DNA of 64,000 bases from an uncultured Acidobacteriota bacterium (GTDB taxonomy: Bacteria; Acidobacteriota; Blastocatellia; RBC074), in the NCBI GenBank assembly GCA_963796275.1, contig CAWCKY010000007.1:992001-1056000 (forward strand). Reading direction: 5' to 3'. Positions 11,963 through 22,714 of this stretch are shown piece after piece. The notes below the pieces were generated by a model. That model saw only the letters and a list, made by a program, of their open reading frames with translations, was not told the DNA's origin and made no database searches. The translations under genes and the position numbers were made by a program. The number at the start of each line of letters is the position of its first letter. Position 1 is the first letter of the stretch.

Positions 11963-12472
11963 ATGTATACGAGAATCGCATTTTTATTACTGATTTTATG
12001 TTCGGCCTCAATTGCGCAGGATGTTCCGCCGATCAGAAATTTTTTGCAGGTCAATGAACAATTCTGCACGGGCGGTCAACCTCGTCCTGAACATCTGACC
12101 AAACTCAAGGCCGATGGGGTAAAGGCGATTATCAATCTGAGGCAGCCCAGCGAACACAGGGCTGAAGAAGAAGAGGCTGAGGCGAAAAAAGTCGGATTGA
12201 AGTATTTCAATATCCCGGTCGTCTTCGGGAGCCCGAAAACCGAGCAGGTCGACGAGTTTCTCAAGATTACGGATGATCCGGCGAATCGGCCCGCTTTTAT
12301 TCATTGCACGGCGGCGATCCGAGTGGGTGCATTCTGGATGATCCGCCGCGTCCTGCGCGACGGCTGGACCTTTGAAAAAGCCGAAGAAGAGGCGAAGAAA
12401 ATTGGTCTGGTCAATGCTCCACACCTTAACGAATTCGCGCGCACCTACGTCGATCAGCACAAAAAGAAGTGA
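11963..12472 (+). CDS. Exported DUF442/PTP-like phosphatase or sulfur-transferase domain protein
   Basis: Signal peptide; GGQP, IINLR and HCTAAIR (Cx4R) motifs. Confidence 0.75.
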   Translation: MYTRIAFLLLILCSASIAQDVPPIRNFLQVNEQFCTGGQPRPEHLTKLKADGVKAIINLRQPSEHRAEEEEAEAKKVGLKYFNIPVVFGSPKTEQVDEFLKITDDPANRPAFIHCTAAIRVGAFWMIRRVLRDGWTFEKAEEEAKKIGLVNAPHLNEFARTYVDQHKKK

Positions 12473-12483
12473 ATCAGCCGGCG

Positions 12484-12520
12484 ATGGGTAGGAGGGGTGT
12501 AACTTCCTACCCACCCTCTT
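12484..12520 (+). terminator. Probable intrinsic terminator
   Basis: TGGGTAGGA...TCCTACCCA stem followed by a T-rich tract. Confidence 0.5.
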
Positions 12521-12654
12521 TGATTTTTCTTCCCTCTCCTCGATGCCGCGTTTGACAACATACTGATGCCACCGTATAGTGTGCATTCGTAATTAAACAA
12601 CGCAATAAATTGTGGTTACCCGGTGATCCCCCCCTAGATTACCAAGTATTTTAA

Positions 12655-15600
12655 ATGCTCAGAATCGAGAAACTCTTTCTTCAAGGATTTAAGTCTTTCT
12701 GTGATCCTACCGAGGTCATATTCGATAACGAAGGCATTACCGCGGTGGTCGGCCCCAATGGATGCGGTAAGTCGAATGTCGCGGATGGGCTGAGTTGGGT
12801 GATCGGCGAACAGCGCGCGAAGGCGCTGCGCGGCGGTAAGATGGAAGATGTGATCTTCCAGGGCAGCCGAAACCGCCAACCCTCCGGACTGGCCGAGGTC
12901 ATTCTGACTCTCGTCGTTCACCAGTCCTTTGAGATTCAGGGGGAAGCCAGCCAGCCTGAAACAGAGGCGCTGAGGCAGGCAGAAGAATCGCTCGAACAGG
13001 CTGATGCTGCGATTGAAGCATCAACCGCGGTAGTTGAAGGCGCCGGTGATATCACACCGCTCGAAGGCGCCGCCGTTCCGGAAGGAGCGGGAGCAGAGCA
13101 ATCCGAGAAACAAGCCAATCCGCAATCTACCCAGGCGGCCAAGAAGCGCCGCAGACACGCGATCCCGGGAACCACCAGGGTTTTTCACGAAGGCGAGCGC
13201 ATAACCATTGGCCGCAGGCTGTACCGCACCGGAGAGAGCGAGTATGAGATGGACGGGCGCGCCTGTCGCCTGCGTGACATTCAGGACCTGTTCGCGGGAA
13301 CCGGCCTGGGCGGCGCGCATTACGCGATCATCGAGCAGGGACGGATCGGCCAGGTGCTCTCGGCCAAACCGATGGACCGCAGGGCGCTGATCGAAGAAGC
13401 GGCGGGCATTTCGAAGTTCAAGATGCGCCAGCACACGGCCGAAGTTAAACTCGACGCGTCCAAACAGAATCTCTCGCGCGTCTCCGATATCCTGGCGGAG
13501 ATCGAACGCCAGCAGAATAGCCTCAAACGCCAGGCCGCCCGCGCGCGTCGCTACCAGCGATTGAAACAGGAGTCGCGCGACCTGATGCGCGCCGTCTATC
13601 TTCTGGATTACCGCGCGACCAGGACTACGCTCTCAGACCTGGAATCAACGCTAGGCCAGATATCGACGCGCGAGTCCGATGTAGCCGCATCGATAGCAAC
13701 GCTCGAGGAGGATCATAGTAAGGCGGCGCAGGATGCCCGAGCTACCGAAAGCGCCTTGAACGATACCAGGCAGATTTCCACAAAGACTGACCTGGAGACC
13801 GATCGCGCACGCCAGCAACACACCTATCTAAGCGAGCAATTACATGCGCTCGGCCGCCGGTCCGCGCAGTTTGCACAGGATCAGTCATCGATCACCGAGA
13901 GGCGGCATTTGATCGAGCAGGAGACGGCGCGACTTCGAGAGGAGCAGCACAGGCTCGAATCTGAGATCAATAGTGAGAGCAAGACGCTCGCCGACGCCGA
14001 GGACGAATATCGGCTCAGGCTGGAGAAGGATGCCGAATCGGAGGGCCGGCTCGAGGTGGCGCGGAAGAAGGTTTATGAGAGCGTTACCCATCTCGAACGA
14101 TGGCGACAGCTCAAGCGACAATTTACAGACTCGGTCGATCGCAGCCAATCCAGATTGGCCGGATTGAGCTCAGAGGGCCAGCGTGCGATGGCGCAAGCGC
14201 TCGCCGCCCGGGAACAACACGCCGGACAAACCGAGGAACTGGAGGAGACGACACACAGGCAAGGGCGAATTAACGCCGAACTCTCAGAGGTTACGGACGG
14301 CCTCGCAGAATTGCGCCAGACCCGCGATGAGCGCGAACAAAAGTTGTCCGCGCTTCAGCACGACCTCACCGCTACTGAGCACCGCCTGATGTCTCTTAAC
14401 GAACTGGACCAGAGACACGCCTATTTTTCAGAGGCCGTTCAGGCGTTGATGAATCTGCCCAACTTGCCCCATTCGTCATTAAATGGATTTAAGACGCTCG
14501 GGACACTAGCCGATTTCGTGCAAGTCGCCCCTGAGCACGAGACGATGATCGAGACGGCAATGCGCGACGAACTCCAGTACGTCGTCGTGCCGACATTCGA
14601 TGATGCATTGGGAGCCATTGATTTTCTTAAATCTGAAGGCGCGGGAAGAGCCACTTTCCTCGTTCTTGGGCTCCATGGCAGTGAGCCTATTGAGTTTACT
14701 CAAAATGGCGATGGTCACACATTCCGTTATCAGACGCTGGGAGCGGCACTTGGGCTTCGAACGGAGTTTGCCGATGCGTTCAGGCTGGCGTTGCCTGGGT
14801 TAGCGGGTGCGCGGATAGTCGAGGATGCGGCATTAGCGATTGACGCTTCCATCGTTACTAACGGAGGCAACGGGGGCAACGGTGTAAATTTAAGCAATGG
14901 GTTTAGTTTGGATGATAGTGATGGTCGTGATGATCGTGACGATAAGAAGGATTGGAGCAATGATGGACCCCGGGGTCATGGGGGTAATGGTGATAATAAT
15001 GGGGGCAACGGCGCCGGATGGCCGGTGAGTAATATTGCGCTCACTCTTTCGGGTGAGCGTGTCGTTGCGGGGCGGCTAATTACAGGCGGGAGCGTATCGG
15101 AGAAAGGTGTAGGGGTGCTGGCGCTCAAGCGCGAGATTGGGGAATTGTCCGATCGTCTTGAATCGCTGGCGGCCGATCGGGCTGCAGCCGAGGCGGCATT
15201 AACTTCGGTGAAATCCCAGATCGTCGAGTTCGAGGAAAACGAGCGGCAGTTGAATGAAGAGGGGCGCCGCATCGACAAAAGGATCGCAGTCCTCCGGGAA
15301 CAATTGCAGCAATGCGATCGTGAGATCGAGCGGACTTCGACTCACATTCGTGTAGTCGAGGGGGAGACGCTGCAGGCTGAAGAAGAGTTGCTGGAATCCG
15401 AAACGAAGCTGCAACAGGCAGCCTCCCAGACCGATGAAGCCGAGCAGTCGCGAGCCGATGCTGAAAAGGTCGTCGAAGTCGCTCAGGCGGAGATCGCTGA
15501 ACTTCGCCGGGATGCCGAGCAACGCTTACAGGAACTATCGCGGCGCCGCGCTGAATTTGCCGCGAAAACCGAGCGCCGTAGAGGCGTCCAGAACGACATC

Positions 15601-16753
15601 CGCAGGCTCGAGTCCGAGGCGAACGATCTGGAAAATCGATTGGCGCGTTCGCGCATGGAGGCCGTCGAGGCTGACGATCAAACGAACGCGATACAGTCGT
15701 CTATTCACAACATGGCCGAGCAGATGCAGAAGCTGATGGCTGATCAGCAGCTCCAGGCCGCAGAGCTGGAACAGCGCGGCGCGGCTTTGGCCGCGGCTCG
15801 CGAAAGCCTCGAATCGATCGATCTCGCCTTGCGCTCCGCCCGCGAGGCTGCAACTCAATCCCGCGAGGAGCGCGCGCAGAGGGAGATCGAGATGACTCGC
15901 TTGTCCAGCAATCTCGAGCACCTCATGCATTCCTGCCAGATGGAATTGGGCGAGAATATCGCCGAGGTATCTGAACGACTGGAAGCAGGTACTGACGAGC
16001 AGATGCCCGAGACGGCTCAATTCCCTGCCGGCGATGCAGATCAGGAAGACCAGGAAGATGTGGGAGAGATATCGGTCTCTTTCTGGAACGTTCCGGAAGA
16101 CTTCAACCTCGAGGAAGCAAAGGCGCGGCTTGATGAGTTGCGTTCAAAGATCGATGGACTGGGACCAGTCAATATGATGGCTCTCGAGGAACTGACTGAG
16201 GTCGAAGAGCGCTACCTTTTCCTCATCACACAAAAAGAGGACATAGAGAAAGCGATTTCCGACACACAAGCTGCCATTGCGGAGATCAAACGCCGGTCGC
16301 GGGAAAAATTTGTGGAGGCCTTCCACGCGATCAATGAGTACTTCAAACGAATGTTTGAGGAACTATTCGGCGGCGGGCATGGCGAGATGCGACTGATCGA
16401 CGAGACCGATGTCCTCGAAAGCGGGATCGAGATAATCGCGCAGCCGCCCGGGAAGCGGCTGCAGAATGTCCTTCTGCTATCCGGCGGAGAAAAAGCGATG
16501 GCCGCGCTCTCACTGGTGATGGCGATTTTCAAGTATCGCCCTAGCCCGTTCTGCCTGCTCGATGAGGTCGATGCGCCACTCGATGACATGAATATTGGGC
16601 GGTTCGCCGACAAGATACTCGAGATGAGCACAAATACTCAGTTTATGGTCATCACCCACAGCAAGAGGACTATGGAAGCGGCGAAGGTTCTTTATGGCGT
16701 AACGATGGAAGATACCTGGTGTGTCAAAACTGATATCGGTAAAGTTGACTTGA
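12655..16753 (+). CDS. smc: Chromosome segregation protein SMC with a +1 frameshift at about 16714 near the C-terminus
   Basis: GFKSF, Walker A GPNGCGKSN, LLSGGEK, LDEVDAPLD; removing one A restores the canonical end GVTMEDPGVSKLISVKLT* (TGA 16751-16753). Confidence 0.95.
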
Positions 16754-18020
16754 GGTCGATCTTGTTTGAGAAGGAAGATCGATCTTCTACCACGTTCTCC
16801 AGAATCAGGACCTTGTACAGCAGCCTGCCGAATTCCTTAGCGACGATCGAACGCAGGTGAACGCCGCGCAGCAGCTCGGCTCCCGGTTTCGCCGGTATAC
16901 GGCCGATCAGATGCTTCCGATACCTGAGCCGGACGCTCTCCGGCCGATTCTCGTCGAGTAATCTTTCAGCAGCCTCCAACCCATCGTATAGGTCTATTTC
17001 AACTTCGCCCCTTCCCGCATTCGCCTTTGTCGATCCGCGCGCCTGAAATCCACTCAACTCCTGTTTCGTCTTCAATTCGCTGGCCACACCGACCCAATAA
17101 AAATAATCGAGCACGATGTCTACCAACGATCGCCAGCGATATCGCCGGCGCGCCAGTTTTAGCAATCTCAGATGCAGACGGAGGATGAAGACGATGGTAC
17201 GGGCGGCTCTGGGGCTCTGGAATACTAAGGGCCGCAGGATGCGCGTCAGATTTGAGAAAGGCAGGTTGTAATGGATCAAGGGGAGTGCGGGGATAATTTC
17301 GGGGTGGCGGATGCCGAGCAGGACGTCCCCTCTTCCCTCGTCCTGTTTACGCCTGAATGAGCCATTGAGGTCACGGCATTCGTAATGGTCGGCCATAGCA
17401 TCGGCGGCGAATATTAACTCGGCGCCCGCTTTGATGAGGCGCACGCCCAATTCGTAATCTTCATGCGCGTGGCTTGCGGAGAATCCTGTGTCAAATCCGC
17501 CGGTGCTTGCAAAGAGTTCGGCCCGGATTGAGAAGTTGCCGCTCAGAAAGTCGCGAAATGTGAAGCGATGGCCCTGTTCGCACATACGATAGAACATGCC
17601 CATCCACCATCTCCGCAGCTCTATCCAATATAAATCAGTGTGATCAGGGATAACCGGACGTGAGTATCCAACCACAACTCGATCCGGTTTCTGAAGACGC
17701 TCGTGAGCTCTTATGAAACCGGGCGCGGGCACGATATCGTCATCGATGAAGATGAGCAGTCGGCCTTCAGCTCCGGCTGCTCCAAAGTTGCGTGCGTCGG
17801 CCGCCCCCCTCCCAGGCACCTCAAAAACTTTCATCTTGAATGGAGCTGTGTAGTCCTGAGCCATAGCGATGGTATCATCGATACAACGGTCAGCCGCTAC
17901 AATAACTTCCAGCTGATGCATCGGATAGTCTTGAGAGCATAAGGCGTCGAGCGTGCGCTTCAAGGCATCGCTCCGGTTATGGGTGGGAATGATGATGCTG
18001 ATTTTTGGACTGTGTGTCAT
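16692..18020 (-). CDS. Glycosyltransferase family 2
   Basis: ISIIIPTHNR, ARNFGA, FIDDD and HEDYELG motifs; 3' end overlaps smc convergently. Confidence 0.9.
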   Translation of the reverse strand: MTHSPKISIIIPTHNRSDALKRTLDALCSQDYPMHQLEVIVAADRCIDDTIAMAQDYTAPFKMKVFEVPGRGAADARNFGAAGAEGRLLIFIDDDIVPAPGFIRAHERLQKPDRVVVGYSRPVIPDHTDLYWIELRRWWMGMFYRMCEQGHRFTFRDFLSGNFSIRAELFASTGGFDTGFSASHAHEDYELGVRLIKAGAELIFAADAMADHYECRDLNGSFRRKQDEGRGDVLLGIRHPEIIPALPLIHYNLPFSNLTRILRPLVFQSPRAARTIVFILRLHLRLLKLARRRYRWRSLVDIVLDYFYWVGVASELKTKQELSGFQARGSTKANAGRGEVEIDLYDGLEAAERLLDENRPESVRLRYRKHLIGRIPAKPGAELLRGVHLRSIVAKEFGRLLYKVLILENVVEDRSSFSNKIDLKSTLPISVLTHQVSSIVTP

Positions 18021-18039
18021 AAGAATATAGAGGAAATCG

Positions 18040-19248
18040 TTATTTCCTCCGCCTTTCTTCTCTCGAGCGGCGGATCCGCGATATGAAATAAGCCCATGGA
18101 CCGAAGAGACAACCGCGCAACTCGGCCAGAATCAGATCGGGCGGCAATCCCCCGGGGCGTCCCAGCAGCGAGCGAATGAGGGTCGCAAGCTGTTGGTGGC
18201 GAAACCATGCCCACGGCCCCTTCATCACATCTATTTCACCCTCGCGCATTATGCTGCGCGTCCAGGCTGCATATGCTCCGACTCCGTATCCGTAATATGT
18301 TCTGCGCAGTTCTTCCAAGGTTCGGCGGTGGCGATGCCAGCTCAGGGCGGCAGGTTCGTATACGATACGAAACCCCCGGCCAAGGATGCGCGCAATGTAT
18401 TCGGTGTCTCCTCCCGAACAGGTCAGTGTCCCGGCGTCTAGCGCCTCGTCAAAGTCCCCGATATGCTCCAGCGCGCTTCGCCGCAGCGACATATTGGCTC
18501 CGGCGCCTGCTCGGCCTGCCTCCCACGGGCAAAGATTGCAATTGTCAAAAACCACTCGCTTGAATCCTCGACCGAATGGGCTGTAGCGCTCGAATATTTC
18601 CTGAGCCTCGGTCTCCAACTCGAGCGGCATGGTCAAACCGGTAACGCACATCACCATGGGATCGTCGAAATTCCTGAGATGCGCTCTGAGCCAATACCGA
18701 TCAGGGGAGGCGTCGTCATCGCAGAAGACAACGATTTCACCGTTGGCTTCGCGCAGCGCTCGGTTGCGAGCGATGTTCAGACCCGGGCGCTCCTCGTAGA
18801 TGTAGCGTATCCGCCTGTGTAACTTCACCAGATCGAATGTATCGGTAGTGGAGGGACAGTTATCGATGATGAGTATCTCCTGCTGGTCATCCGGAAGCTC
18901 GCGGATAGCTTGAATGCATCGTCGCAGATCCTCTGTACGATCGCGCGTGCAAATTGCAATGGTTGATGTGCTCGACGGCTTGTCATCCAACGATGGCAGT
19001 TCATCCCATCCCAAATAATCTTTTATCCAGTTATCCCACAGATGCTGTTCGGAGACGGTTCTGAGGACCGCGCTATGGAGCATCACGGGGTCCAGGTGGC
19101 CGTCGATGACCGGCAACGTGAATTTGTCTATCGGTTGCCGGCGCCAGCGAATCAGAATGAGAGCCTTGTCGTAATTGTCGAGCCCGTTGATCTCATAAGG
19201 TAGCTGCTGAAGATCAAAGTCTAAAACCGCAGTGGCCATATGATCCAC
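18040..19248 (-). CDS. Glycosyltransferase family 2
   Basis: IAICTRDR, IIDN, GLNIARN, FCDDD and GAGANM motifs. Confidence 0.9.
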   Translation of the reverse strand: MDHMATAVLDFDLQQLPYEINGLDNYDKALILIRWRRQPIDKFTLPVIDGHLDPVMLHSAVLRTVSEQHLWDNWIKDYLGWDELPSLDDKPSSTSTIAICTRDRTEDLRRCIQAIRELPDDQQEILIIDNCPSTTDTFDLVKLHRRIRYIYEERPGLNIARNRALREANGEIVVFCDDDASPDRYWLRAHLRNFDDPMVMCVTGLTMPLELETEAQEIFERYSPFGRGFKRVVFDNCNLCPWEAGRAGAGANMSLRRSALEHIGDFDEALDAGTLTCSGGDTEYIARILGRGFRIVYEPAALSWHRHRRTLEELRRTYYGYGVGAYAAWTRSIMREGEIDVMKGPWAWFRHQQLATLIRSLLGRPGGLPPDLILAELRGCLFGPWAYFISRIRRSREERRRK

Positions 19249-19342
19249 TTCTCTGCCCTTCAGAGGAGATGGAGGTTATGTTTGGAATGGAGTTGGATTC
19301 TCGATCCGGTTGGGGTTATATTCTAGCTGAAAATCCTCCAAT

Positions 19343-20290
19343 ATGAAATTTTCAATGATCGAGAGGCGAGAAAATCCATATAATTCCGCATTGGTATCGA
19401 TTGTAATCCCCTGTTATAAGCAAGGGCATTTTCTAGCCGAATCGATCGAGAGCATCCTCTCGCAGACATACCAGAACTACGAAATCATAGTCATCGACGA
19501 CGGCTCTCCGGACAATACCGCGCAAGTCGCATCACGCTATGCCGAGGTGAGGGTCATACGCCAGGAGAACCAAGGCCTTTCTGCCGCGCGCAATAAAGGA
19601 ATCAGTGAGAGTCATGGGGAGTTTCTGGTCTGTCTGGACGCGGATGATCGTCTGTTGCCGGGAGCGCTTGAATCGGGTTTGGTCTGTATGGCACGGAGCC
19701 CTGAATCGGAATTCGTCTTTGGCCGCTACCGGGGGATCAAAATAGATGGTGCACCGACAGGTGTAATTTCGAAATTGAGCGACGAGAACATCTATTTGGG
19801 GCTTCTGGCCAGAAACTGTATTGGCCCTTTGGCCCCGGTGATGTTCCGTCGACGCGTCTTCGACAAAGTAGGAGGGTTCGATACGAGCATAAATTCTGCA
19901 TCGGACTATGACATATATCTGCGGATATCGAGCAGCTTTCCTACTCACAGATATGATGAAATTGTTGCCGAATACCGCGTATATGATTCGAGTATGTCCG
20001 CGGATATGGGATTGATGCTGCGTTCTGTCATCATTTCATTGCGATTGCAACAAAGATACGTGAAGGGTGAAGTTGAGCGCGAACGAGCATATAAGATGGG
20101 TTTGAAGTTCTGGCGGGAATTATATGGCGAGCCTCTTTATAATCAAACATCGAGAAGACTGCGGGATATCGGGAACTGGAGACGAACAATCCGCGATTTG
20201 TGCTATCTGATTCGTTATTATCCACAATCGATCACACTGCACGGTTCCAGTAGAATCTCAAAACTAATTGCCCACCTGAAGGGAGCTTGA
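19343..20290 (+). CDS. Glycosyltransferase family 2
   Basis: VSIVIPCY, IDDGSPD, NQGLSAARNKG and LDADD motifs. Confidence 0.92.
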   Translation: MKFSMIERRENPYNSALVSIVIPCYKQGHFLAESIESILSQTYQNYEIIVIDDGSPDNTAQVASRYAEVRVIRQENQGLSAARNKGISESHGEFLVCLDADDRLLPGALESGLVCMARSPESEFVFGRYRGIKIDGAPTGVISKLSDENIYLGLLARNCIGPLAPVMFRRRVFDKVGGFDTSINSASDYDIYLRISSSFPTHRYDEIVAEYRVYDSSMSADMGLMLRSVIISLRLQQRYVKGEVERERAYKMGLKFWRELYGEPLYNQTSRRLRDIGNWRRTIRDLCYLIRYYPQSITLHGSSRISKLIAHLKGA

Positions 20291-20539
20291 CAGATTTACG
20301 GCTGGTTCATATAGTGGGACAACTTTTGGGAGGTCGTCTAAGGTAAGACTGCGGACTCTGGATCCGCCTGATAAGGCCGCAGGCATGGCTGCAAGTTGAA
20401 TTTGAAGGACTTACAGGTGTAGTGGTGATAACGACAACTCAAATAGAGTGCATTCTGTGTGTAAGTGATGTAGGAGTGATGTAGGATGTGTGCAAATGAT
20501 GTAGAATGCCGCAGTAATTTTGAGTGGGATTTTTGATAT

Positions 20540-20612
20540 TCCGGGATGGTGTAATTGGCAACACGCTCGGCTCTGAACCGAGAGAGTCTAGGTTCGACCC
20601 CTAGTCCCGGAG
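20540..20612 (+). tRNA. tRNA-Gln (CTG), CCA not encoded
   Basis: Acceptor TCCGGGA/TCCCGGA, anticodon arm CTCGG-CT-CTG-AA-CCGAG, T-arm CTAGG-TTCGACC-CCTAG. Confidence 0.95.
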
Positions 20613-20617
20613 CTGAT

Positions 20618-20667
20618 AAAAAGAGGCGCTTTGGTAAATTAACTACCTGAGCGCCTCTTTTGTTTTA
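20618..20667. terminator. Bidirectional intrinsic terminator after the tRNA
   Basis: AAAAAGAGGCGCT...AGCGCCTCTTTTGTTTT inverted repeat. Confidence 0.8.
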
Positions 20668-20684
20668 GTGACTGCCATCGTGTT

Positions 20685-20963
20685 CTACTCTGTGATGCTG
20701 TCGGCACTGGAAAGTGCTTTTCCAGAACTCCTCTTTAGCCCCCAACTCTTCTTCAGCCTGCTGACCTTTGCAAGCATATCTGTAGCAGAAATAACAAATG
20801 GATCGAGATATTGAATCCGTTTCTTTTCACGCTCCCGCTCTCTTTCGGCGAGTTGTTCGTACTCCAAACGTTTGATTTGAGAACGCGTTGTGATCAATGC
20901 GGTTACAAGAGCCACCGATGCAGCTATTCCGGCAGATATAACAACTCCAACCGATTGTTCCAT
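20685..20963 (-). pseudogene. Truncated gene-cassette ORF with N-terminal TM
   Basis: Short ORF beginning about 30 nt after the attC R' site; ends at the tRNA terminator. Confidence 0.45.
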
Positions 20964-20993
20964 TGGACGGTATCCTATAGTGGATGTTTTGCA

Positions 20994-21054
20994 GCATAAC
21001 GGTTCGCGTCAGCGGCGCCCGCAAGCGGGCTTCTGCTGCACGCGAATGTTTGGC
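20994..21054 (-). repeat. Integron attC recombination site
   Basis: Minus strand GCCAAAC-ATTCGCGT-G-CAGC...GCCCGC TT GCGGGC...GCTG-ACGCGAA-CC-GTTATGC: imperfect palindrome with R''/R' boxes and one extrahelical base; an ORF remnant (VFARGTDNAIWTRWQ...*) stops just before R''. Confidence 0.75.
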
Positions 21055-21259
21055 AAAGACTACTCAACTGTCTGGAACCAGTTACAATTAGGGGATGTTT
21101 GCCAACGTGTCCAGATTGCGTTGTCGGTGCCCCGAGCGAAGACGTTAATCGGATAGCGCCGAGCCAGCCGATTGACCCACGTCTCAACATTGCTGGCTGA
21201 TGTCCCAACTCCTGCCGGACCACCCCCACGAGAAATTGAAGTCTGCGACCACCATCTGA

Positions 21260-21733
21260 TTACAACAAACGAATCACCGTGAAGCCTTCGGCTTCCGCGG
21301 CATCCGAGAGATTTCCATCAGCGCCAATGAAATGGCGTCCGCGCGGTCGGTCAGAACACCAAATCAATGCCGCAGCCAATTGAAGCGCATCCGCGGCCCG
21401 TAGTTTATGTCTCCCCAACAGTCGCTCCGCCTTCTCTCGCACTTCTTCCGACGGTTGGACTTCATTCCAGCGACGGCGCAGGTGATCCAGCCGAGCGCAG
21501 GCCTGTTTGCCGTCTCGGCCTGTGATATAACCTTCACGAATCAGCCGATTGAAAGAACTGATCGCTTCGATCGGGGCTGCCCACCAAACTACTTGCCGAG
21601 CATAAAGGCGAGCAGCTTGTCTAGCCTGCGTAGTTTGCGACTGAAAACAACACAAAGGTGTAATCCCGCTCGTATCCCAGAAAGCCGTTAGAATGGCCAC
21701 AGAAGCAGATTGTCGTTTCTTTTTAGTCTTCAT
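21260..21733 (-). CDS. vapC: VapC-family PIN-domain toxin
   Basis: FWDTSG and LRAADALQLAAAL motifs; overlaps the antitoxin stop. Confidence 0.88.
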   Translation of the reverse strand: MKTKKKRQSASVAILTAFWDTSGITPLCCFQSQTTQARQAARLYARQVVWWAAPIEAISSFNRLIREGYITGRDGKQACARLDHLRRRWNEVQPSEEVREKAERLLGRHKLRAADALQLAAALIWCSDRPRGRHFIGADGNLSDAAEAEGFTVIRLL

Positions 21734-22010
21734 CGCGCTCTTGTTCTATGGTCCGGTGTAGAGCTTCAGATGAGATGCGCGGTGCAGGCAAGTCCCAGAA
21801 TGATTCATCGAGTTCCCCTTCACCAAGGCGCAACTTTCCTTGTGCTGCCAATGCGAGCAGCTCTGCGTCTTGATCATGAACGAGTTGCAGAGGCACGATG
21901 CGAGCAATAGGCAGATTGCGATCACGGACCAAGATTTCCTCTCCGGCCCTGACCTCATTGAGATACCAACTCAGGCGATTTTTGAGTTCAGCAATGTTTA
22001 CGCTCTTCAT
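21723..22010 (-). CDS. Phd/YefM-family antitoxin
   Basis: MKSVNIAELKNRLSWYLNEVRAGEEILVRDRNLPIARIVP. Confidence 0.9.
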   Translation of the reverse strand: MKSVNIAELKNRLSWYLNEVRAGEEILVRDRNLPIARIVPLQLVHDQDAELLALAAQGKLRLGEGELDESFWDLPAPRISSEALHRTIEQERDED

Positions 22011-22504
22011 CAGAAACCTCAAAAGGATACCCCATCCATAGCAGCCATCCTGGGCGGCTTGGATGGGGAGGAATTTTGAGATCGTGCGCTAGCACAATTA
22101 ATTCCATAGCCATCAGCCTTATGAATCACCCGGCAGTATCGATGGCTGATCCCCTGGATCAGGCCCGCAGCGCCAGAGGTTTTTTGTTTTTATCGATGAC
22201 TGCTACTTGCATTGTGAGAATGGCCCTTTCGAGCCGCTGGCATTGCTGCCGTTAAGTTAGCCTCGACAATGATGTCTGAGCTTCTTAGTTCAACGCACTG
22301 GCGATTACCCGTAACCGCTGTTTAACGCTAAACGACAGTGGCCACGAACTGGCTATCGCATCCGTGGGTGTCTCGGTTTAAACCTAACTCAAACATCGTA
22401 GCTGCAAGCCTTTTGCCCCCAGCTTAGTCTGGTCAACCGGGCTCATCGGTTACCCGACAAGCCCCCACTATAGTTGCAAAGCAACTTAGTGGCGGGTGAG
22501 TGAC
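22011..22504 (-). mobile_element. Non-autonomous IS200/IS605-type IscB element with internally deleted iscB
   Basis: Begins GTCAC with the omegaRNA; MQVAVIDKNKKPLA (IscB PLMP N-terminus, ATG 22212) is fused out of frame to the C-terminal GLIQGISHRYCRVIHKADGY; right-end hairpin TTCCTCCCCATCCA...TGGATGGGGTATCC; followed by ATGA. Confidence 0.85.
22225..22504 (-). ncRNA. omegaRNA / HEARO RNA scaffold
   Basis: HEARO-like blocks in the expected order: GTCA..CACCC..GGGGCTTG..GTTGACCAGACTAAG..CTACG..GACACC..GGATGC..CCAGT..TTAAACAG..CAGTG..CATTGTCGAGGCTAAC; 3' end approximate. Confidence 0.85.
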
Positions 22505-22535
22505 AACCTCTTTATCCAAGCATCCATAATCTTTG

Positions 22536-22591
22536 CGGCTATCATAGTCATACATACATAGCTATTATAGCCATATCTTCTTAAGATTCAA
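22536..22591 (-). promoter_or_regulatory. Sigma70 promoter and paired operator palindromes of the TA operon
   Basis: TTGAAT-16 nt-TATAAT; TGGCTA-TAA-TAGCTA overlaps the -10 and TGACTA-TGA-TAGCCG lies downstream. Confidence 0.6.
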
Positions 22592-22714
22592 GTGTTGATT
22601 GACCGGCGTGATCTCGTAGCAAGAGACTTTCGGAGATATCCAGTTCATAGATAAAAGACTAGGGTTCTGCGCGCCATCTCAGCCAAACGCTGCCAGAGGT
22701 AATTATCGCCGTCA

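Noticed and set aside
16754-16860. C-terminal extension of SMC in the ORF track (1401 aa)
   Set aside because: It results from one extra A at about 16714; the canonical SMC end is in the shifted frame with a stop at 16753.
20590-20613. attR duplicate of the tRNA 3' end delimiting an island
   Set aside because: No second copy was noticed by eye and no intact integrase is present.
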